Part shown: piece by piece, positions 8,125 through 15,788 of the stretch
Layout: the number at the start of each line of letters is the position of its first letter
Numbering within the stretch: the first letter of the stretch is position 1
From: a virus
Taxonomy: Duplodnaviria > Caudoviricetes
Strand: one strand, 5' to 3'
IMG/VR virus record: IMGVR_UViG_3300023239_000036
Span: 1-26,611 of that record
DNA: 26,611 nt
Notes under the pieces: model-generated
Told to the model about the DNA's origin: nothing
Seen by the model: only the letters and a program-made list of their open reading frames with translations
The model's database searches: none
Made by a program: the position numbers and the translations under genes

Positions 8125-9236
8125 TGGCAGAAAGTTGCCCAGAAAACACTCAAGGCAAATTAGATCAATCTAATGGCATTAAAGATAACCCTCGCGAACC
8201 GTATTTTCTAGATCCTAGCCAAAATGCCCCTTGGCCAGTATACGAAACATATGATGATTTAGAGAGCCTAAAAGGGACTATAAGAAACACTGATGAGTTG
8301 TATAGTAATACAATTGTTGTTGTTATTGATGATCAAGGAATACACAATCTAGGATATCCAGGTACACCTAAATTTTTCACATCCATTAAAACCAGTTTGG
8401 GATACAGTAGGTTTAAGCCTTTGATTATTTGGGGCATAAAAAGGAAAAAGAACATCGATGACATAGCCGAGAATGCGAAGATGCGCATAGAGCTTGGACT
8501 GCCAGTATCGAGAACTATGAACATGTCCGAAACTATGGAATATATACGGGTTAATGCCAACGGTGGTCACCCAGATGGCACACCAGATACAAGATGCGGC
8601 GTACCTTATATTGTACCCAATCCGGATCTAGACTACTCAAGACCTCCAGGCGTAACTGCATCCACATCCAGCGCCACAACTGGAGTTACAGTTAAAACTA
8701 AAACAGTTAATGATCCTAAAACTGCAGGCACCGTTACAACAACAGAAATTAGTGTGGCTGACCAAGTTAACAATCTTAAAGTTGGTGACATAGCTACTCC
8801 AGAACAGATGAAATATATGGCACAAGGTGCACCTGCCTTAAAACCATGTTTGCCTGACACAACAGGAACAGGATCTGGTAGTGTTGCTCCAGCACCTAAT
8901 GACGGAAGAACACCTGCGGCTATTGCTCTAGCGGCTGCTAAAAAAGCAGCATCTGGAATAGGCTCGCTTGATGCAGCAGGAGCCGCAGCAGGTACAGTTG
9001 TATCTCCAACCGTAGTTACTACGCCAGGAGCAGCAGCTAATGGCGCTGTGCCAGCACCCGACAACTCTCGCCCGCGAAACGTATACATATATAAAGCAAT
9101 GCAAACTGGTTTAGACAGATACGACTTTAATAGTGGTAAAAAGGTTTTTACTCCAGATACTGGACCAAGTATCGAAGCAGTAGAGCCAACACCAACTACT
9201 GCACCTAACGCTAACGCAACAATAGGACCACAATAA
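8124..9236 (+). CDS. Hypothetical 370-aa protein, Ala/Thr/Pro/Gly-rich C-terminal half; probably virion-associated
   Basis: SD AGGAGG at 8112-8117, TAATG coupling to the hub and a 1-nt gap to the spike. No family recognised. Confidence 0.8.
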   Translation: MAESCPENTQGKLDQSNGIKDNPREPYFLDPSQNAPWPVYETYDDLESLKGTIRNTDELYSNTIVVVIDDQGIHNLGYPGTPKFFTSIKTSLGYSRFKPLIIWGIKRKKNIDDIAENAKMRIELGLPVSRTMNMSETMEYIRVNANGGHPDGTPDTRCGVPYIVPNPDLDYSRPPGVTASTSSATTGVTVKTKTVNDPKTAGTVTTTEISVADQVNNLKVGDIATPEQMKYMAQGAPALKPCLPDTTGTGSGSVAPAPNDGRTPAAIALAAAKKAASGIGSLDAAGAAAGTVVSPTVVTTPGAAANGAVPAPDNSRPRNVYIYKAMQTGLDRYDFNSGKKVFTPDTGPSIEAVEPTPTTAPNANATIGPQ

Positions 9237-9237
9237 C

Positions 9238-11724
9238 ATGGCAGGAAACGGCAACTACACAAGAACAACTAGCAGTAGTACATCTGGTTTTGCAGACAGA
9301 GGACCGTATGAAGCAATTGTAGTTAATAACCTTGACACAAAATATATGGGCGGCATGACTGTTGAACTATTACGATATACAAGCGCAGGTAGCACACCGG
9401 AGAAATCTGGACAGTTATTAAATGTAAAATACCTTTCTCCATTTTACGGAGTAACCCCAAGTTCTGCACTTACAGCAAATGAAGGTTACGAACACACACA
9501 AAAAAGTTACGGCATGTGGATGGTGCCGCCTGATGTAGGAACAAAAGTTCTTGTAATATTTGCAGAAGGCAATGCAAACTTTGGTTATTGGATTGGATGT
9601 ATACCTGCAGAAAATATGAACTTTATGGTTCCTGACGGCCGAGCATCGACACAAAACACAACTGCAAATACCCCGCCAGGACTAAGAGGAAGAAAACTTC
9701 CAGTAGGCGAATATAACAAAGCAATAGAAACAGGTGCAAGAGTCGATCCGACACTATTTGCTAAACCGTACAACAAAGATTTTACAGAAACACTTGAAAT
9801 ACAAGGTTTGTTAAATGACGAATCCCGCGGCACAACTACAACTAGTTCAAGGCGAGAAATGCCTAGTATGGTATTTGGCATTAGTACTCCTGGTCCTAAA
9901 GATCGCAGAGACGGATCTCCAACAGCAGAGATCGGAACAGCAGGAAATAAGATAGCAGTTCCTTCTAACAGACTAGGCGGAAGTTCATTTACAATGGATG
10001 ACGGTGACGAAAGATTTGTGCGCACAACACACGCAGAAGACGGTCCTCCGATTTATAAAAATAAAAGCGACAACGAAGCGGGCGGTGACAGCACTATCCC
10101 ACAAAATGAATTACTGCGTTTTAGAACTAGAACTGGTCATCAAATATTAATGCACAACAGTGAAGACTTAATTTACATAGGAAATTCTAGAGGAACTACT
10201 TGGATAGAAATGTCCAGTGATGGTAAAATTGATATTCATGCACAAGATAGTGTTAGTATTATGACCGAGAACGATTTAAACATTACTGCTGAACGCGACA
10301 TTAATATGGAAGCTGGTAGGAATGTTAATATTAGAGCTACAGGCAGAAACCAAGACGGCGAAGGCGAAACAGGCAGAGTTCAAATTGAATCTAAACAAGA
10401 CTTTAATTTGCATGTTGGAGCAAATAGTAAAATTACAGTAGGTAAAAATCAGCACATAAAAGTAAAAGAATCGCAATATATTGACACAACAAAATCATTA
10501 CATATACATTCAGGTAAAGACAACAGATTAACAGCCGCAGGATCGACACATATTACTAGTGCTAAAGAGCATAGAGAAACAGCAACGTATGTTCATATGA
10601 ACGGACCAAAAGCAGCGCCATCAAATGTTGCTGAAGAAGTAACTCCTTTGACAACAAATACATTACCTCGTACTGAATCCGGCGGGCAAATAAGCTCCTA
10701 CGAAAGTATATTAGCAAGATCCCCCCAACATGAGCCTTGGCCGCATCATGAAAACTTAGATCCGTTATCGTTTAAGAAAATTTACACAGATAGAGATTCA
10801 CCTGGCGCACTTCCTAGTGCAGACCGTATTGTTACTCCAGACACGTTTGATAAAAATTTACAAGGCAGAAAATCGAGTGGATATGTACAAGGCAGCGGCG
10901 GCAATATTAGTACAGGAAATTCTAGTCGTCCAGGTGGTAGCGGACAAACACCTGTGCCTCCAGGAGACTATAACAGTGACTATGTGTTTGATGAAAATAT
11001 AGGAGCATTAAGTGAAAAATACGAATCTCGAGGCAACCCTGCTATTATTGGATGGGATAGTACCGGTGGATGGAGTTACGGAAAATACCAACTAGCAGCA
11101 AATACAGGCGCACTAAATGAATTCCATAGTTGGTTAAAAAAGACACACCCTAACATTGAAAGTCAACTAAAGACCGCAGGCGGACCAGCAGGAGGAAGAG
11201 CAGGCAGTGCAGCATATAAAGAAGCTTGGTCTTTAGTAATGGGAACGGCTGCAGGAGGAGAAATACAAAGTCAGTATGCTGGAATACAATATTATGTTCC
11301 TGGCGCCAAACGAATCTTAAATGGATCTGGAGTTAATCTTGCACTCCGGTCTACGACAGTACGCCAAGCAGCATTTTCCACAACAATACAACATGGTGCT
11401 GGCGGTGCGTCAAAAGTTTTCCGAAATGCATTAGCTGGATTAGGATATACACCAGCTGATATAACTGCAACAGTGCCTACTGACGCAGCGTTAATTAGAG
11501 CAATATATTCTGAACGCCGAGCTAAACATGGTGGCAAATATTTCCCTAGCAGTAGTGAAGGTATCAGAAATAGTGTTGTTGACAGATTTCATAATGAAGA
11601 GGCAGATGCAATTAGAAGTTTAAACGAAGAAATTCTAATTGCACAAGCAAATCCTCCGACATCAGACCCAACAGATAATAGTGCAGGTACTAACACCGTA
11701 GCACCGCATCGTGGCGCTGTTTAA
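9238..11724 (+). CDS. gp5: gp5-like central spike: OB-fold, beta-helix, linker and C-terminal VgrG3-like muramidase domain
   Basis: OB-fold GPYEAIVVNNLD..GMWMVPPDVGTKVLVIFAEGN..GYWIGCI; beta-helix from RTRTGHQILMHN to HMNGP; C-terminal LSEKYES..GGWSYGKYQL..FSTTIQHG..LIRAIYSER..RFHNE. Confidence 0.88.
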   Translation: MAGNGNYTRTTSSSTSGFADRGPYEAIVVNNLDTKYMGGMTVELLRYTSAGSTPEKSGQLLNVKYLSPFYGVTPSSALTANEGYEHTQKSYGMWMVPPDVGTKVLVIFAEGNANFGYWIGCIPAENMNFMVPDGRASTQNTTANTPPGLRGRKLPVGEYNKAIETGARVDPTLFAKPYNKDFTETLEIQGLLNDESRGTTTTSSRREMPSMVFGISTPGPKDRRDGSPTAEIGTAGNKIAVPSNRLGGSSFTMDDGDERFVRTTHAEDGPPIYKNKSDNEAGGDSTIPQNELLRFRTRTGHQILMHNSEDLIYIGNSRGTTWIEMSSDGKIDIHAQDSVSIMTENDLNITAERDINMEAGRNVNIRATGRNQDGEGETGRVQIESKQDFNLHVGANSKITVGKNQHIKVKESQYIDTTKSLHIHSGKDNRLTAAGSTHITSAKEHRETATYVHMNGPKAAPSNVAEEVTPLTTNTLPRTESGGQISSYESILARSPQHEPWPHHENLDPLSFKKIYTDRDSPGALPSADRIVTPDTFDKNLQGRKSSGYVQGSGGNISTGNSSRPGGSGQTPVPPGDYNSDYVFDENIGALSEKYESRGNPAIIGWDSTGGWSYGKYQLAANTGALNEFHSWLKKTHPNIESQLKTAGGPAGGRAGSAAYKEAWSLVMGTAAGGEIQSQYAGIQYYVPGAKRILNGSGVNLALRSTTVRQAAFSTTIQHGAGGASKVFRNALAGLGYTPADITATVPTDAALIRAIYSERRAKHGGKYFPSSSEGIRNSVVDRFHNEEADAIRSLNEEILIAQANPPTSDPTDNSAGTNTVAPHRGAV

Positions 11725-11730
11725 TTAAGG

Positions 11731-11736
11731 TAAATA
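11731..11736 (+). promoter_or_regulatory. Putative late promoter TAAATA 4 nt before the gp25 ATG
   Basis: AGGTAAATATAGTATG in the 16-nt intergenic gap. Confidence 0.6.
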
Positions 11737-11740
11737 TAGT

Positions 11741-12181
11741 ATGAGCCAATTAGAAAAAAATCTTTATAAACGTGTTACCGTAAGCCAGCCTACTCAAACA
11801 GCAAACACTGGCAGAAAATACAGAGGATTTTCAACAGTTGCAGACGCTAAGAGCTTCAGTGTGTATGACTACGAGCTTATAAAGCAAGATTTAATTAACC
11901 ATTTCCATATACGCCAAACTGAAAAATTAAGTGATCCTACATTTGGCACCATTATATGGGATATTCTATACGAGCCATTTACAGTTGACGTGCAAGAAGC
12001 AATTATCGAAGATGTTACTAAAATTATTAACTACGATCCTAGAATAAAGGCTGAAAATATTGTTATTGATACGTATGAGCAAGGCATACAAATTGATTGT
12101 ACTATAACTGTACTTCCTTTTGGTATAACTGATGAATTGCGCTTCAAATTTGACAAAGACAACGGTCTACTCCAACAATAA
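11741..12181 (+). CDS. gp25: Baseplate wedge / sheath initiator gp25-like (GPW/gp25 family)
   Basis: YRGFST..LIKQDLINHFHIRQTEKLSDPTFGTIIWDILYEP..IINYDPRI; size and position between spike and gp6. Confidence 0.92.
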   Translation: MSQLEKNLYKRVTVSQPTQTANTGRKYRGFSTVADAKSFSVYDYELIKQDLINHFHIRQTEKLSDPTFGTIIWDILYEPFTVDVQEAIIEDVTKIINYDPRIKAENIVIDTYEQGIQIDCTITVLPFGITDELRFKFDKDNGLLQQ

Positions 12182-12185
12182 AAAT

Positions 12186-12216
12186 TAAATACACACATTA
12201 TCATTTCAGGTAAATA
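12186..12216 (+). promoter_or_regulatory. Two TAAATA late-promoter boxes upstream of gp6
   Basis: TAAATA at 12186-12191 and at 12211-12216. The second has the same AGGTAAATA context as the box before gp25. Confidence 0.6.
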
Positions 12217-12239
12217 CATTAGTAAACAAGGAAAATGAT

Positions 12240-15200
12240 ATGTCTTCAAATGATAGACAGTCCAGGCTATTAGTAGCAGAGGACTGGAAACGAATTTACC
12301 AAAGCTTTAGGAACGCAGATTTCCAAAGCTACGATTTTGATAACCTAAGACGCACAATGATTAACTATTTGCGTCAAAACTATCCAGAAGACTTTAACGA
12401 TTACATTGAATCGAGTGAATATCTTGCGCTAATTGATATGATTGCTTTCCTTGGGCAAAACTTATCATTCCGCATTGATTTAAACGCTCGTGAAAACTTT
12501 CTTGAAACAGCAGAACGTAGAGAAAGTGTATTACGTCTTGCACGTATGCTGTCTTACAATCCTAGACGTAATCAAGCAGCAAACGGTTTACTTAAATTTG
12601 ACACTATTAAAACAACTGAAAATATTTTAGATAGCAATGGTTTAAACATGGCAGGTATTACTGTTAAGTGGAATGACCAAACTAACTCAAGTTATTTTGA
12701 ACAGTTTGTTAAGATTATGAATTCGGCATTGCCGTTGTCTAACTCAATTGGTAATCCTTTAAAGTCTGCATTAATTGCAGATGTGCAAACACAAAAATAT
12801 CGCTTAAATGCTACAAACACTGGGCAAGCAATTTACCCGTTTACTAAACGTGTTGAAGGGGTAAGCACACGTTTTGAAGTAGTAAGTACTGACATATCAG
12901 GCGAAAACGTGTTAGAGGAAGCGCCACTGCCTGGCAACAGTCCTGCATTTTTGTTTAGAGATGATGGACAAGGAGCTGGTAGTAATAACACTGGATTCTT
13001 TATGCATTTCCGTCAAGGTAAACTTGAGACAGGAAACTTTGCAGTAAGTAATCCAACTCCAAATCAAGCAGTACAAATTGATGCTGAAAATATTAACGAC
13101 AGTGATGTATGGTTATTTGCATTAAATAGTGCAGGCTTTGAAAGCAGTGAGTGGACAAAAATTGACTCTACTGAAGGCAATAACGTTATCTATAATAGTT
13201 TGTTTAATAAAACTAGAGACGTATTTGCTGTAACAACACGCATTGGCGACAGAATTAATTTAAACTTTAGTGATGGTGTGTTTGGAAACTTAGCTACTGG
13301 CAACTTTAGATCGTATTACAGGACTAGCAATAATCTACGTAGTGTGATTACTCCTAGTGCAGTAGGAACAGTAAGCATTGATATTCCGTACCAGTCGAGA
13401 AACGGCTCAGCGCAAACACTTACAGTTGGTCTTAAATTAAATTACACAGTTAGTAACGGTACCGCATCAGAAACTAGTGCAGAAATTAAACAAAATGCAC
13501 CAGCAACATATTATACACAAAACCGTTTAGTTACTGGCGAAGATTATAACATTGGTCCGTTAGCAATTAGCCAAGACATTATTAAAACTAAAAGTTCGAA
13601 TAGAATTTCAAGTGGAATAAGTCGGTTCTTTGACTTAAAGGATGCAAGCGGCAAGTATTCAAATACTAGTTTGTTTGCAGATGACGGCATAATTTATAAA
13701 GAAGAATTTGCCGAAAAACAATCATTTACTTTTGCAACACAAACTGACATTGAAGGTATTATATATAATACTATTGAAAGCATATTAAGTAGTGCAACTG
13801 CACAGAACTTTTATCTAGCAAAATATCCAAAAATTATAGTAAGTGATCTTAACGCAACTTGGTCTCAATCTAGCACAAGTACAAATAGATCATTAGGTCT
13901 ATTGCAAGATACTGATAGTAATGCATATACTGTAGGTACGTTTACTGCTAATAGTTTGCGATTATTAGAAGCAGGCTCGATGTTGAAGTTTGTTGCTCCT
14001 ACTGGCAAGCACTTTATGCCCGACGGCACATTAATGGAAGACAGCAGTAGCGGAGACCATTTAGGAAAAACAACATACAAATGGTGTAAGTTAATTTCTG
14101 TAACAGGAGACGGCACAGTAATAGACGAAGATGGCATTGCTCCTATTTCAGTAAACGATGTTATACCGACAGGCGCAGTACTACAGCAAGTTATACCAAA
14201 TTTTTCTAAAGTATTAATTAATGACATAAAGACACAATTAATTGACCAAACATTTGAATACAAGGATTTTGCACTACGTTACGATCAATATGTCAGACAG
14301 TGGAAACTAGTATTAGCACAAGACATTAACACACTTAATGCATTTGCTACTGGTAAAGCAGGCGACATAACAGGTGCTAATTTAGATTCAAGCTGGATGC
14401 TATACTTTAAAACAGACGGCGAAAAATATACAATTACATATCGAAATTTAAGATATGTAATGGAAAGCGCAGACGAAATTAGATTTTTCTTTGACGCTGC
14501 TGATAAGATTTATGATCCGTCAACAGGACAAATTGTTAGAGACAAAATTGATATATTAAATATTAACCGTAAGCCTGGACAATTAATTCCGTTCACATCA
14601 GACTATAACTGGACAATTACTGATGCATATAGAGATTCTGAAGGATACTTAGATAGTCGTAAAATTCAAGTTCAATTTATTGACCTTGATGATGACGGTG
14701 TAGTTGATGATCCTGATATTTTTGAGCAAATTGTCGGCGAAGAAGATACAACTATTCTTACAAAAGACAAATTAATATTCCAAAAGAAATACACCACAAC
14801 TGACGGTGTAGAAGATTTTAAATATTTTGCAAACACAACTGCTGAAATTATTGTAGTACAAAACGAAGCAGCTATTGCTCCGTACAGTGCTAGAGTAGAA
14901 GGACAAATATTTTACTTAATTAACGAAGGTATTTTTAGGAAGCTTAATAAACTACTAAACAATACAGAAATTAATACAGACTATAAAGCATTCTTTGGCA
15001 GAGCAGATTTAAAGTTCCATTATGTACATGTTGCAGACAGTGGCTATAGAATTGATCCAAGTGCAAGTAACATTATTGATACTTATATTTTATCTAAAGC
15101 GTACGACATGCAAGTAAAGCAATATGTTGCTGGAACACTTTTAGTACAGCCTAAGCCTCCTAGTAATGATGAATTATTTAGAAGCTATGGCAGAGAAATA

Positions 15201-15788
15201 AACAAAATAAAAAGTTTAAGTGACGAAGTTATCTATCACCCTGCAAAGTATAAAATCTTATTTGGCGACAAAGCCCCAGCAGATCTGCAAGTTAAATTTA
15301 AGATTGTTAAAAATGCTGGTGTAGTTACCAATGACAACGAACTTAAATCAGACATTATTGAAGCTATTAATAAATTCTTTGATATTGAAAATTGGGACTT
15401 TGGAGAGACATTTTACTTCCAAGAACTTAGCGCCTATATTATAAACCAGCTGTCACCAAAACTGGTAAGTATACTAATAGTACCGCGCCAAACAACACAA
15501 TCGTTTGGTAGTCTATTTGAAATAAAGAGTGAGCCAGATGAAATATTTGCAAGTGCAGCGAAGGTGAGTGATATCGAAACAATTGATCAATTAACAGCAA
15601 CTAATTTACAAGCTAGCGGAACAGTAATTAACACTGTTGCAACTAGCATAACATCAGGAATATCAAGCAGTGCATCGACACCTGCAACAACGTTGTCACT
15701 AGGCGGCGGGCTAAACACAAATTCAAGTGGTTCGGGATCAAGTGGTTCGGGATCAAGTGGTTCTAACGGTGGAGGCTATAGTTACTAA
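12240..15788 (+). CDS. gp6: Baseplate wedge protein gp6-like (gpJ family), 1182 aa
   Basis: DFDNLR..FNDYIESS..LIDMIAF..ENFLETAERRESVLRLARMLSYNP, FSDGVFG, NAPATYYTQNRLVTGEDY, WDFGETFYFQEL. Confidence 0.92.
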   Translation: MSSNDRQSRLLVAEDWKRIYQSFRNADFQSYDFDNLRRTMINYLRQNYPEDFNDYIESSEYLALIDMIAFLGQNLSFRIDLNARENFLETAERRESVLRLARMLSYNPRRNQAANGLLKFDTIKTTENILDSNGLNMAGITVKWNDQTNSSYFEQFVKIMNSALPLSNSIGNPLKSALIADVQTQKYRLNATNTGQAIYPFTKRVEGVSTRFEVVSTDISGENVLEEAPLPGNSPAFLFRDDGQGAGSNNTGFFMHFRQGKLETGNFAVSNPTPNQAVQIDAENINDSDVWLFALNSAGFESSEWTKIDSTEGNNVIYNSLFNKTRDVFAVTTRIGDRINLNFSDGVFGNLATGNFRSYYRTSNNLRSVITPSAVGTVSIDIPYQSRNGSAQTLTVGLKLNYTVSNGTASETSAEIKQNAPATYYTQNRLVTGEDYNIGPLAISQDIIKTKSSNRISSGISRFFDLKDASGKYSNTSLFADDGIIYKEEFAEKQSFTFATQTDIEGIIYNTIESILSSATAQNFYLAKYPKIIVSDLNATWSQSSTSTNRSLGLLQDTDSNAYTVGTFTANSLRLLEAGSMLKFVAPTGKHFMPDGTLMEDSSSGDHLGKTTYKWCKLISVTGDGTVIDEDGIAPISVNDVIPTGAVLQQVIPNFSKVLINDIKTQLIDQTFEYKDFALRYDQYVRQWKLVLAQDINTLNAFATGKAGDITGANLDSSWMLYFKTDGEKYTITYRNLRYVMESADEIRFFFDAADKIYDPSTGQIVRDKIDILNINRKPGQLIPFTSDYNWTITDAYRDSEGYLDSRKIQVQFIDLDDDGVVDDPDIFEQIVGEEDTTILTKDKLIFQKKYTTTDGVEDFKYFANTTAEIIVVQNEAAIAPYSARVEGQIFYLINEGIFRKLNKLLNNTEINTDYKAFFGRADLKFHYVHVADSGYRIDPSASNIIDTYILSKAYDMQVKQYVAGTLLVQPKPPSNDELFRSYGREINKIKSLSDEVIYHPAKYKILFGDKAPADLQVKFKIVKNAGVVTNDNELKSDIIEAINKFFDIENWDFGETFYFQELSAYIINQLSPKLVSILIVPRQTTQSFGSLFEIKSEPDEIFASAAKVSDIETIDQLTATNLQASGTVINTVATSITSGISSSASTPATTLSLGGGLNTNSSGSGSSGSGSSGSNGGGYSY
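15723..15763 (+). repeat. 15-nt tandem repeat TCAAGTGGTTCGGGA x2.7 (SSGSG units)
   Basis: Read directly; encodes the Ser/Gly tail of gp6. Confidence 0.9.

Noticed and set aside
5022-11537. Longish antisense ORFs (5022-5447, 7728-8153, 8633-9268, 9585-10025, 11292-11537)
   Set aside because: They are shadows of Gly/Ala-rich sense genes with no recognisable motifs.
12235-12273. Upstream ATG at 12235 before gp6
   Set aside because: It is out of frame and closes after 12 codons; 12240 gives the expected gp6 N-terminus.
3886-15788. Bacterial T6SS or eCIS locus
   Set aside because: Linked gp55/gp47/gp46 genes and late promoters indicate a phage, and no membrane complex, ClpV or immunity gene was seen.
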